The notes beneath the pieces are model-generated. The model ran no database searches. It saw only the letters and a list, made by a program, of their open reading frames with translations, and had not been told where the DNA came from. Below, one piece after another: positions 25,993-38,622 of a DNA stretch of 60,729 bases. This DNA comes from Nemertoderma westbladi (taxonomy: Eukaryota > Animalia > Xenacoelomorpha): contig JAUCBJ010004484.1 of the NCBI GenBank assembly GCA_032718475.1, positions 1 to 60,729 on the forward strand, read 5' to 3'. A program made the translations under genes and the position numbers. How positions within the stretch are numbered: the stretch's first letter is position 1; the number at the start of each line of letters is the position of its first letter.

Positions 25993-26995
25993 GCGCTCTG
26001 GTCAAAAATATACAATCACTTCTCTAGAGGGAGGGAAATGTTATTTCAACATTATGATAAAACCAATAATATGTTATTCAATATAATGCTATTGGGACGA
26101 TCAAAAGGAGAGTCACCTAGGGATAATTAAGGGGAGGTTTCTTCGATTTCTTGAAGAAGTTGCTACGTTTAGGTTCTAGTTCACGCTTCGGCACTGAATA
26201 TAAAAGTTATTCTCATGTGTAACACCGCTTTACTAACTGAAGAACTGGTAGCTTCGGGGCTGGTAAATTGTACAGAGGCATACAAAAGATACATAGCCTC
26301 ATTTGAAAACAAATTGCAAAATGTTGAAGAAGAATTTTTCTACTCCCCAGCAATGACTTAATCCAATTGGTCCCAAGCAAACTTCCCAAAACGCCACCTT
26401 GTAACGAGATTGAGTACACATGATTTTCATTTCAAGCTGTGCTCCGTAACGGGGTGTCTGGAGATATACGAACAATGTCTGTGCAAGTTATGCGGCAGTA
26501 CTTTCACTTTGCTACAAGCTATGTACTGTTCTAGTATAAAACCTCATGGTCTGACTTTTCTCGACAACTTCGTCTGACTGATCCATCACAATTTTAAACT
26601 ATCTGCAATTTTTAAACTAGTCCCAAACAAATTTATCTTATTTTATTATTAATAAATACATTTTACATACATTAATTGAATTTATTTATTTTACATTAGT
26701 TCAGTACATTATTTTATACCGAAAGGCGTAATTGAATAAATAGGCCTATATATACTCAGATATGACGTCATATGACTATATTTAGGTATGACATACTGAT
26801 AAGCAATGTCACCCTGCCCTGCTATCATCAGATAGTGGCTCACATGGGCCGCAATTGAAAAATGTGATCTCCAGTGTAAATTATTATTTATATTTTTATA
26901 TATATATTATTTTGTTAATTATTATTAAATTATTTTGATTATAAAACACCGACACTATACTATAACCTGATACTTTCCTTTAATGTTTTAAGAAG

Positions 26996-27619
26996 GGGGG
27001 GGGGGGGGTAGCACAAAAAGGCTCTCACGGTACAGATATGAATAAAATTGCTAGAAAGTTGTTTTACTAGTTATATCTTTAGCAAGCATGAAAACTTTCC
27101 TTGACATTTCGACCCATATCTCAGAATGACTTTTTTTCATGAAAAAGACTATTTCTCCACCAATTTTAACTAAAATGAGTTGAAATTTGGTACACTGGTT
27201 AAGATGACCCTTCTCTATATTTCTTCTGAACAAATTTGGTTGGAAATGCCCTAGAGCCTTTTTATATCAAAAAGGCCCCAAAAAAGCCCTTTTTTGGGGC
27301 CTTTTTGTTCTAAAAAGGCTCCAGAGCATTTGAGGCAAAATTTGTTCAGAAGAATTGGATGCAGGGTTCTTCTGAACATATATTACAAATTTCGACAAAT
27401 TTCAACAAATATCGGTGGAGAAATAGCCCTTGGCGCAAAAAGGCACTTTTGGCCATTGCGGAGCCATTTTGGGGCCAATTTCAAAAAATATTTGGTTTGG
27501 TTATTCTCACACAGTCCAGACGATGTATAGTAGCACAAAAAATAATTTTCACCCAACTTTATGGTCCAGAGACACAAAAATGTGAGGTTCGTGCTAACCC
27601 CCCCCCCCCCCCCCCCCCT
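26996..27619. mobile_element. TIR MITE with poly-G/poly-C termini
   Basis: G-run-TAGCAC at the left and GTGCTA(A)-C-run at the right; large internal inverted repeat centred near 27290. Confidence 0.65.
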
Positions 27620-28858
27620 AAATTAAATTTTTTAAGACATATATATATATATTAAACAATAATATATATTATATTAAACATATTTAGTGTTTGCGGTCAA
27701 TTTGTGTCATTAACTCGCTGCTATATTCAACTTACCACAAATATTTACCTGTAAATAATTTAAATTAAATATATGAATGAGTTATAACTTTAAATTTGTA
27801 CTAATAAGAGAAAAATATCTAATATAGTGTCAATTAATTAATAATACAGTAACAAGAATTAACTTTTATAACTCACAATTGCCGTGTGATTATATGTATT
27901 GTCGCTCTTATCTTGCGTGGAATTTGAACCCGGCTACTACAGTACTAACAACTGTATACGTGTAACTAATAATAAGGAATTCGTCTGAGATTGGAGTGAG
28001 TGAGCAGATCTGCCAACACAATAATAATTTGACACCTTTTATTGAATTCAAGTCGACCGTATCCGGTAGAGTAAGCCTATCTAATTGTACTTTTTTTCCT
28101 TTCTATACAACCGTATTGTCCCCAACTAACTCCATTTATTTGTACGATTCTACTTCACCCCACAAAGGTTCTATTTTATAAAGGTTCCAATTACATTGCA
28201 CCACATTGCATTCCAATTACATTACATTACATTACGTATTAACGTGATATTGGAATTATAATAAAGTGCATTAAGAACTTTATTAGGGATCATTAAATTA
28301 AATGTTTTTTGGAAGCGTATTTTACAGTACAAGTAGTCAGTCAGATTGTTTATTATCAGATCGCCATTGTCATTAAATTGACAATGAAGTTCAGTTTGTT
28401 GCAGTCATTAATTTCACTTCCGGCTTGACGCCCCAGTGGCTATATTAATTCAATAGAATCAACTCATAAAAAATTAAGACATGAAAGTTGCACAAGAGTC
28501 AACTAGTACCTACTCATAATGTACATATACAATAATTTCTCATGTAAAGAAAATAATAAAATATTATATTTGAGGCATTTTATGTAAAATAATCATGGAT
28601 CATGGTGTCATTAGCTTTAACTGCGACATACAGTGTTGGCGATGTATTGCCGTAATAACTATTTACATACTTGTGTGTAAAGTAGAACTTTACAGTGTGA
28701 TGGTCCGAGTGGCTTTGTTACACGAACGAACGTTAGTGAGTGAGTGAAAATAAAGCCACGAGGATCAGAACACTGTAAAGTACTTTGCAACAAGTATGTA
28801 TGTAGTTTTATTCCAAAATTTTAACATTACAAAATGATTGTACATATACATTATAAGT

Positions 28859-30807
28859 AGCAATTGAGATAAAATGATTCACAGATTCAGTTATTATATT
28901 TAATTTCCAATTAAAACAATATTATGGCAAATAAAATAATGAATATGAGGTAAAATACTGTATTTAAAATTATTTATAAAAATTGCAATGCATTTCAAAC
29001 TTGAAGTTATCTTCAGGCAAATTATAGAATTATAGTAAAAGGAGGGCCTAAAGTATGTGTAATATACTATGCAATACACCAGTTTAGGCAATATGAGTTA
29101 GTTGATCATTAGGTGACGAAGAAGGGCGGGGGGGGGGGGGGGGGGGGGCTACTAATGTTACTATTGCTATAGTTCCTTTGTGGTTCACTGTTCCATTCCA
29201 TTGTGTTCCAGATTCAACTGTTGAGGGGGGGCTTATATCTTTTAATAAAGAAATCTTCCTTTATCCGCCTTGGTACAGGTGTTGAGCCAATTCTCATTTT
29301 GTGAAATGGAGTTATATTAAATTGGACCTCAAGATGAGCCGCACACTCCCAGATATGCTTCGATACTTTCAAATTTCTATACTGTCCATTTTTAATCTGT
29401 GACTTGTGCAGTAAACTCTGTACCTCAAATCAATGGTCTCCCCAATATACTGCTCATCTAAAAATCTGGTCCACATTTTCTCAATAAAATTAGCAACGGC
29501 CGTTTCATATTTTCGTTCTATCTCTGGATAAAATTTATTTTGTTCCAAGTAACCCATTACCAAATCTGAATAAGTTGGTGCCAATATAGTTCCAATAGCC
29601 GCCCCTTTAACTTGTATATAATACACGAAGTGGGGCCTTCGCGCAGCACGTGACTTAAATTTAATTTAAGTACTAATTCGAAAGTATTACTGTATTAGCA
29701 AATTTTAAGCAGATTTCGCCTAATCACTTTTTACCTCTTTCATTTCTATTCAGACATTTCTGACTCTAGCGGTATAGTGAGAACTGAAGATGGATTAGGG
29801 TCTCCAGCCCCACAAAGACACAGGCTATGGATGAATAGTACATACGTACATCGGCCAAGTTTCATCTTGAATAACGGATAACGAAATGAGAGACGGATCT
29901 CACTTTCAGAAATTTCGTCGTATAGCGGCAGACCGATTAAATCTCCCCCCCCCCCCCCCCCCCCACAAAGACGCAGCATGTGGTCCAGAATATATGGCAA
30001 GATTCAGCTTAAACTGATTAAAATCAATGAGACGGGAGAATCTATTCACTTTCAGGCATAAAGTAGTCCTATAGCGGGTGACTGTTGAACTGATTTTCAA
30101 CAAAACAAATTTTCAACTTGGCAGCTTTAAATTCGACAAAGTTATAAGCATGTCAATATCATAACGACGACAACGATTTCACTTTCAGACATTTGGCCCT
30201 CTAGCGGCAGACTGGAGAACTGCAGATGGATTCGCCTCCTTTGAAAGTCACAGCTAATGGTCTAATACATATCTGCCAAGTTTCAGCTTAAACGGATTAA
30301 AAGCAAAGAAATGGGAGGGCATTTAATGTTTAGACATGTGGCCCTCTAGCGGGAGACCATTGCACTGATGGTGTCTGAAAGTCTCTCAAAAATCTCAACT
30401 TTAGCTCATATTGATACCTACAAATTTTCAACTTGGCAGCTTTAAATCCGACAAAGTTATTAGCATGTCAAAATCGTAACGACGACAACGATTTCACTTT
30501 CAGACCTTTGGCCCTCTAGCGGCAGACTGGAGAACTGCAGATGGATTCGCCTCCTTTGAAAGTCACAGCTAATGGTCTAATACATATCTGTCAAGTTTCA
30601 GCTTAAACGGATTAAAAGCAAAGAAATGGGAGGGCATTTAATGTTTAGACATGTGGCCCTCTAGCGGGAGACCATTGCACTGATGGTGTCTGAAAGTCTC
30701 TCAAAAATCTCAACTTTTGCTCATATTGATACCTACAAATTTTCAACTTGGCAGCTTTAAATCCGACAAAGTTATTAGCATGTCAAAATCGTAACGACGA
30801 CGACGAC

Positions 30808-30846
<39 letters not shown>

Positions 30847-31469
30847 AACTATTTGCATAAATTGACCCACCCCCTAACAGTGTCAATTCGCTAAGGCTCC
30901 GCCAACTTCGTGGCTCGCCCCACATCCCCTGGAACTCCATTGTATTGTTGTTCAGCACAATTTCCAACCCCTTCAATACAAACTCCTTGGTAAATCGTTT
31001 GTTTAAACATTCCGGGTGCTTATCTAACCAGTAGGATATTGCCTTTTCGCCCAACTCCCATGTTATTGAGGGATAAATACTTTCTACATCCACCGTTATA
31101 AGGTGAACCACCTCTAGCTCCTTGAACACATCCTTAAAATTTCTAAACTTTCGGAGAAAATCAAATGTGTCCTTTACATGCGCCCCAATGAATTGCAGAT
31201 ACGGTTTTAATAGAATATCTAATAAGTTGCTTAACCCTTTTGTTGGACAATGTGGGCCACCAACTATACATCTGAATTTCAAATCCCCCGGGCATGGTAA
31301 ATGCAATATTTCACCAGGTTGGCAAACCTCTTCCACCCAACTCTTTATTTCTTTTGATTTATGGATTTTTGGTAAAGCATAGGCCCGTGAAGTTTCAAAT
31401 CCCTGTTTACTACATAATGTATCTCGTTAGTGGTCATCATTTTGCCAAAGTTTTTACAGTATTTTTACT
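28859..31469 (-). mobile_element. Penelope-like retroelement remnant (RT + GIY-YIG), flanked by a TTATAAGT duplication
   Basis: RT motifs FRCIVGG, HVKDTFDFL, DVESIYPSI, NNTMEF, YYIQVKGAAIGTILAPTYSDLVMGYLE, WTRFLD, fused to GIY-YIG-like YIGET. Direct repeats at 28851-28858 and 31470-31477. Confidence 0.8.
29626..30921 (-). mobile_element. Helentron/HINE (pearl-like) non-autonomous element inserted in the Penelope RT
   Basis: Short subterminal IR gtggggc/gccccac, (GTC)n microsatellite near the 5' end, 315-bp internal tandem repeat (30111/30426/30741). Removing it restores EFQG-MYYIQ. Related short copy at 37945-38208. Confidence 0.65.
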
Positions 31470-32962
31470 TTATAAGTGATAGAAACGGCACAAATTATAT
31501 TAGTTGCTGTATAAATAAATGTAAAAATGTTATAAATAAGTTAGCTTATATTTATTGTGGCGTTTGGAGCCATATTATAATAATATAGCTAGGCCTTACT
31601 GGTTATCAATAGCTATACCCCGCCTACCGGTATGTAATTCAGTAGACCTATCTGGCTGTCAGGCAAATTTCCACCTCTTGTTTACGAGGTGACCATGATG
31701 GCGTTAAGTAATGTCCACTAGGGGGACATTACTTAACGCCGTCATGGTTACCACGTAAACAATAACACCAAATACAATACTAAATGTACAGGCCAATACA
31801 ATGCTGTAATGTCCTTTAATGTTGTAAAGTTCTAAATAACCACTCGCTGTTAATACTAACGGCGTTGAGTAATGTTACAATTTTGGAATATAAATGTTTA
31901 TTACATAAATTTACCATATTATACTCCAATTATTGATAACGTTATACTGTATATTATACATTTTATTCGCACCAATTTAATTATTTCACCCCCCCCCCCC
32001 TCGTTATAATATAAATATTCTCAGCGATACATATATAATTTTATTTAATTTATTTAATACATATATTGGCATATTGATAAAATCTATATTCTGATTTATT
32101 TAAATATCTAATATAAAACTCATGAATGGAAAGATAAAATATAATTACTTGTAATGTAAATATATATTATAAAGGACCACCCTATTAAATATAATATTAT
32201 TCCTATTCAAATGCATGATATTTATCATATATTACAAACATAATCTTGATTATATATAACTTCCTTTCCCGTATTATTATGATTAATAACTTTTATGATT
32301 TATGATCTGTGGCAGTAATTTCCGCCCTGTTAACATGTACTGTACAGTAGTTAACTGTAGTTAAGCCTAATGCAATGAATGACAGCGTCATATAACTATA
32401 AATATCTGAAATCTTATCATATTAATTTTATCATATATAATGTAAAATATCACATATAAAATGTCTGAGATCTTTAAATAATATATGTATTGTCATCCAA
32501 TATCTGGGATTTGATGCTTCCATATTATCAGACTATTTATTCTGGTGCTTATTTTCTGATCAAATTAATATTTTATTGTTAGAAACTGAGATGTTAAGTA
32601 ATGGTGCTATAAATCCAATCTTATATTCGTTTATTCATTGACGGCATTACAATTTCTTTGAGAAACATATTATTAATTTATTTAGTAACATTTTGAATTT
32701 CTGTAGTGTAGTTAAATTATTTTTTTGAACAACTTAGTCTCATTGATAACAAAAGATTATTAAAAACTTACAAAATTGCACTGTAAGTCACCACCGAACA
32801 GCTTCAACAAACATAAACACAGACGGAAAACGGTCCTACATGTACTATAATTATAACCTTTCGCTGATAGCACGCATTTATTTATGACTCACCCCAAATC
32901 TTCAAATAAATAGTGAGTTTTATTATAATTTCTGGGGATTAATAATCGGATTTTCTTTTTAG

Positions 32963-33348
32963 ATTTCGTGGATGGAGTGATTTCCCGAGAGGAAGTTGTA
33001 TCCCAAAGCGCCTCGGAAACTTCAGAGACACGCGATTCCAGATCTATCCGCTTGGCGTCCTCACGATCTGACACGACCCCAGACGCAGGCGGTGTTGAGG
33101 CGCTACGGCGGTCACCCATGGCAACCCACTTGGCGGAGGCCGTGCTGGCAGACACCCTGTGGAATATATTAGCGGAGGCGTCTATGGGTCACTTCCACAT
33201 CACCAACAGGCCTCTGGTGGTCGGTACGCCACCTAGTGGCGAGTTGAGAAGTAGCGAAGATTTCGCGTCAGAGCGCCAAATGTCGTGCGAAAGCGAAAAG
33301 CGAAAACCGAGAAAAAATACCAAGAAAAACAAGAAACGCGATCGATGA
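32963..33348 (+). CDS. CFAP65: CFAP65 terminal exon
   Basis: tttttag|AT TTC matches phase 1 of the exon ending 19189. Conserved-looking LADTLWNILAEASMGHFHITNRPLVV, TGA stop, and AATAAA at ~33488. Confidence 0.8.
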
Positions 33349-33868
33349 AAGTCCGCGAACTTAGCGAAACGTCACGCGAACAAGAAATTTAATTTAATTT
33401 GTATATAAAGTCAATATAACTTATTGAAACTCAACTGAATTTGTTAATAATTGTAAATAGATTTAATTTAATATCTTAGTTAAATTAATAAAATATTTTT
33501 ACCCATTTTTTTTAACTTTGTTAGGTTTCTGTAACAGCATTCCTTTAATGAAGTAAATAGCACAGCAATTAATTCCATCTACATTCCCATAACAAGAGGC
33601 TACATATTTATCGATTATGTTTTAAAAAGATAATTCATTAGATATCCACCGAATTATCCAATTACCTTCCTTTTCTAGCTCCTTATGATATGTGTGACAT
33701 GACATGTACTGTATGTAGTACTGATTTGTTGGCCAATATTAGTAACAGTGCTCACACAACCTACCTCCCAGTATATTATGTTGGGTGTAGGCCTACTCTA
33801 CCAACCAGCTACAACAGTGTAGCTGCATGCAGATCAACCATCCCTGTGCTCTCGTCATAAATGGATTC

Positions 33869-33882
33869 GTTTCCATGGTAAC
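33869..33882. promoter_or_regulatory. RFX X-box (GTTTCCATGGTAAC)
   Basis: Exact match to consensus GTNNCCATRGNAAC, ~550 bp upstream of the ATG at 34431. Confidence 0.6.
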
Positions 33883-34068
33883 ATGCCTACATTTAAATAT
33901 AAAATCTCTCCTCTATTTATCCTTGTAAATTGTTGTGAAGCAACAAATAAAAATTATATTTCATTGAATTTACGAAACTCCAGCAATATTGATTTGATTT
34001 TAACAAACTTGCCTTAATTTTAGGATGTCTGGGTTTGTTACTGTAGTTGTTCCTAGTTAATACTATTC

Positions 34069-34337
34069 GCCCATGTGAAGGATACGATTTCACTTTTTGT
34101 TCGAAATTTTACTGGAATTTTATATATTAAGAAATTGTATTTTTCCAAATTTATCCGTATTAAGTGTTTTATAGTGCTTATTTCTGACTTATAACCTGTA
34201 TAGATATTTATTCGTTTATTGTTTTGGTTAGAATGGTAATCAGCCTTTCTGAAACCTGTGGTTTTAGTAAACTGGGGGTAAACTGCAACGTGAAATATAA
34301 CAGAAACAGCAGAAAGTCTTGAATACTTCACATGGGC
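34069..34337. mobile_element. MITE family A, copy 2
   Basis: gcccatgtgaag...cttcacatgggc termini; internal sequence matches 6371-6617 and 50224-50712. Confidence 0.75.
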
Positions 34338-34430
34338 CATATTATTGGTGGGCAATTTCAACTAATTTTATATTGTTAAGCCGTATTTCAAAATTTTTTT
34401 GTTAATTTTCTACAATCATAGTTAAGGAAT

Positions 34431-34580
34431 ATGTCTGCTGATGATAAATCCTCCAAACAAAATGATATACTTAAGCGTGTCGCTTTGCTCGGAACCGGTT
34501 CTTTGGATCATGGTGAAGAAGTTGACCAATTCTTAGAGTTTATCAGGTTGCAAGAAGAATTTGAGTTACTGGAGGCACAG
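34431..34580 (+). CDS. Unknown small coiled-coil protein, coding exon 1
   Basis: ATG...CAG|gttggg (phase 0); MSADDKSSKQ...FLEFIRLQEEFELLEAQ. Confidence 0.6.
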
Positions 34581-35322
34581 GTTGGGCAGACCTACGTGTA
34601 TTGGTATAATATGGGGTATAATACGTAATAATGCAAAAATGATTTAAATAGTTTTCAACCAACATGAGAGACGAATATAGGCCTATAACATGTTCATTCA
34701 AACATCAAAATAATAAACCAACTTCAAAAACATGAGTAATAGTTCATGTTCTACTGCCTTTTCGGTATTGGTAGTGCTATTAAATTAAAGACTAATACTG
34801 TTACAGTGTCGAGCGAACTCGTGCAGTGGAAATGAGATCCTTCCGGATTCCAGATTCTCCATAATTATATTGTAACTTTTCCTGGCAGGCTAAGTATATA
34901 TTTCAGATTATATTACATATTTCAGCCGATTAAATTTCTATAAGATGTGGTTTATCCGTGTCCTGATATTAATCATATTAAACTCATATTTGAGTTTTCA
35001 CCTTGTCAGAATATATTTTATCAATAATTCCCACCAAGTAGAACTAACAATCGCAAAACTCATATTTGAGTTTTCACCAATTGGATATAGCGTTTTAGAA
35101 AAATCCTCATTCATCAGTTTAATGGCTAGGCCCTATACTGTAAATTATTTTAATACTAAAATATTATTTAGGCCTAATATCTTAAAAACTGAAAGGGGGC
35201 CCCAATATGGCTTAATCCGGCCCTGGCTTTGATTGTGTAGATTTCGCATTTTATTGTACATGTACAGTACTACTGTATATCATAGCAATAATAACTGCTG
35301 TACAATATTATTCTATTATCAG

Positions 35323-35442
35323 GGCAAAGAATTGGAAGAGACTAAAGACGAACTTGCCAACACGTTGAAAGAAATTAAACATTTACAGAAAATGTTAGCG
35401 GAAAGAGGTCTGAAAAGGCAAGATACCGTAACGAAGAGATGA
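35323..35442 (+). CDS. Unknown small coiled-coil protein, coding exon 2
   Basis: tatcag|GGC in phase; GKELEETKDELANTLKEIKHLQKMLAERG continues the heptad pattern; TGA stop. Confidence 0.6.
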   Translation, partial: GKELEETKDELANTLKEIKHLQKMLAERGLKRQDTVTKR

Positions 35443-37944
35443 TAAAACCCATATAAAACCAATCAAATCATAACAACATAATAATGTTGACAAGAAGATA
35501 TGAGATATAATGATATTGAAATATTATTAAATAAATACAGTACCTTTGTTCGTAAATACAGTAGATATAACTCACTACAACAAATCGAGTGCCATATATA
35601 TATATTCGATCGTTGGCACGTGAACCTGAACAGTCGCCGCCTCGAGGCTAATTTTACGCGTTTGCTTGCGTCCATGTATATTTTGTGGTCAAATTTGTCC
35701 ATTTATTTCCTACGTTGGGTCAATAGTTAATCGATCGACTGGTACTTAGTAAATCAGTCAGCTTGGAATGTTTAGAGTCTGTAACCTCTCGGTTACTAAT
35801 AGGCCTACTAACTGTAATAACAAACTATATACGTCATTGTTCATAAAAAAGCACTATATTATAGCGTTACGGCACTAAGTGATTTTATACAGTAGTACAA
35901 AACGAGGGCCGTTAAAGCTTTAAGTTGCTAATTATGAACAATGAATCTAATTAAATTAATTTATTGGGAATTATTTATAATTATGATCTTAAACTTTCTA
36001 GAACAACCTTGTAATATGAAAGCATGGCACTTAATTATATACACTTTCATATCGTTAGCGTAGTGGATAACGCGTCGGGTTTTGAATGTAAAGGCCGCTG
36101 GTTCGATTCCCACATGTTTTAACATTATATTGTAAGAATTAGATACATATTATAATTGTGAAATAGGGACGTCATGCGATTTTATTGATGCAGGGACTTA
36201 CTGGAAAATGTGGACATACATAGTAAACATAGGGCGTAGGGAGATACTGAGAAATAATGCTAGAAAATATGTCACTCAGCGCGATTTGATAAAATAATTT
36301 AAGAAAATAAATAAAAGGGTAAAAAAGTGTAATATTTTTAGTGGATAAATTAAATACTTATTAGGATCACGCTCGACAGCGGGATACTTACAGTAAAAAA
36401 TTCAGGTCATATAACACTGACTAACTCACTCAATGATAATAATCCAGGTTCAGGCAATTTCTGCCTGGCGTATTTGATGAAATTTTGCAAGTACATTGCT
36501 TTGGTGGTTCATAATCGTGTTACAAAATTTCAGATCGATTCTATGTGTGATGTGGTATTCGATATATTTCTTGTTTTGGCATTGTTTTATCGCGAAATTA
36601 AATATATTTAGCCATTCATTGACAGCTGTGGCAAAGGAATACATAGAGAGTTCGCTTTAGGAGTATTATTGGGCGGAATAATTAGAATACATCAAAGGCA
36701 GCCCTATTAATTAACTATAGAAAAGCCAGCAAGCTGGCTATAAGAAGTCTGCACATAGACACTTAGTGTAGCTGGTTCCTTCCCTATTGAACAGCTTTGC
36801 TTACAGTCTGAGAGAGAATTCCCAGCCCCTAAATGTCATTTAAGAACCTAACAATTGAACGAACCTGTGCTTATAATTCAATCAGCTGGCCTACCACCTA
36901 ACTTAGCAGTAATAAACCTTATAGATAATCCCATAGGATTAGTAGAATCAGCTGACTGCAAACATGCAAATCATCTCGCTTGAAAAACAATCACTCACTT
37001 TATATCAATGGAACAAAATTAATTCTCATTTGTTGACTCGTTTATATTTTTAGAGACTCTCTTCGCTCGTGCTACATCCTGCCATATCATGAAAAAAGTA
37101 TGCAAAAAACTAACTCGTAATAGAAATCCTATCAAATTTAATTTTGACAAAGTATGGTAACAGTCATTTTTGTTCAAATACCGTTTCGTCAAACTATCGT
37201 ATTACCGACATGCCTATGTACTATTGGTTTTTTTATTGAGATCATTGACATTTGTTTGTGAACTGCTCGTTTACAAATAGGCCTACAAATAGAATATTTT
37301 TTTTACAAGAGCTTCAAACCGCGCTGAAATAGAGCATACTGCAAAAATTTTATTCAAAATTTTACACAAAATTTTACCGACGATACGGCAATTAATATAC
37401 AGTATTTTCAAATATACATTTGTCTCATAGAGGCCATATTGTATAATGCTATACAATTATTGCTGATCATACGATCTGTACTGTAGGGTACCGATACTGG
37501 AAAGGGGAACTTACGGCAGATAATCTCGCGAAAGTCAAGGGGGATAGGGAGTTGTGGCGGTGCAATTTTGTTGATAAGCCGACATAGCATTAATAATGCC
37601 CGCTGCATTGGGCTTGTCCATTCATGTAGATTGTATGGTGGTGGCAAAAGTATTTTTTCAAGGCAGCATTGCTTCTCAATGTGCAGCTTCAATGCAGCAG
37701 GCCTATTATAGAAGTGTTTTCATTCACCCATAACACCAATAATAGTACCGGTAGTAATAGTTAACATTAGGCCTACATAGCATAGTCACGGCATGGCTAG
37801 TCCTGAACACTGAAACTCACGGCATATCATTTTTGATCGATTGACCTTGCTCAGTGAATGATAGAGAAATAGAGCCTGTATTCAGCTAGCTGCGTTCGCG
37901 AGTGTTGTTTGCCTCTCAAGGGTTGTCTTTAATAATATTAGTCT

Positions 37945-38208
37945 GGGGCGAGCCACGTACGTCCAGGTAGCATTTAGCGTAGGGGTATAATTAGTGGACG
38001 CGTCTGACGCCTTTTATGAAATGGAACCAAACTTGGTACACATGTAGTCTACAAAAAGTTTAAAAAATCCAACATCCAACACATTGACAGACATCTACGG
38101 TGCATCTGTGATCCGCGTGGTGGCGAATGACTAGTTCACTAGTGTAATGCATCTATACGCAAAGGCTCATCTGGTCCTACGTGCTGCGCGAAGGCCGCAC
38201 GAACGTGT
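37945..38208 (+). mobile_element. Short HINE-like element related to 29626-30921
   Basis: Shares both termini: ggggcgagccacg and acgtgctgcgcgaaggcc. Confidence 0.55.
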
Positions 38209-38609
38209 TCTAATTTGAAGCATAGCTAACGCAGCCTCTTTCTGCTGTGTATCATGCAATAAATATATTTTAGCTAACATCTTATTGACTCTCTTTGATT
38301 CTGCTACTTTAGCTACATGTATTAATTTATTTTGGCAATGAATAATATACTTTTTAACGGTATATAACCTATTGGATTAGCAGCTATCACTATTACGAAT
38401 GATTGCATTATTAAGTACCATGCAGTAAAGACAGTATAGGGATTTTGGCGCAATAGTCGTTACTAATTGCTATTCATTCGTAATCGCTCATATGTTTCGT
38501 ACCCGCCAATTAATAAATAATCACTAACTCATTAGGACGTTAGGATCAGCTAATGAGAGATAAGCCGCCAGTTCCTCAGAGAGTCTATTATAGATTTAGA
38601 CGTTAATTG

Positions 38610-38622
38610 GTTACCCAGCAAC
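38610..38622. promoter_or_regulatory. RFX X-box-like motif (GTTACCCAGCAAC) upstream of BTBD16
   Basis: GTTACC-N-AGCAAC half-sites ~950 bp upstream of the ATG. Confidence 0.45.

Larger units (their letters stand above)
28653..31890. mobile_element. Non-autonomous hairpin-ended element (Crypton-like), copy 1, interrupted by a Penelope-like element
   Basis: 28653-28858 plus 31470-31890 are colinear with 45081-45113 plus 47658-48244. Long 5' hairpin, and internal ttccaaaat inverted to terminal attttggaa. Confidence 0.65.

Noticed and set aside
26000-26600. Coding-like stretch including ORF 26213-26419
   Set aside because: Multiple stops in all frames examined and no recognisable motif or splice frame; possibly a decayed TE, but I cannot support a call.
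30743-30921. Poly-Arg (protamine-like) C-terminus of ORF 30743-31336
   Set aside because: Read-through into the (GTC)n microsatellite of the inserted HINE-like element.
36054-36115. Possible functional tRNA genes (also 38985-39040, 48805-48876, 50751-50825)
   Set aside because: A and B boxes are present, but acceptor and anticodon stems or loops are non-canonical; better explained as SINE heads or pseudogenes.
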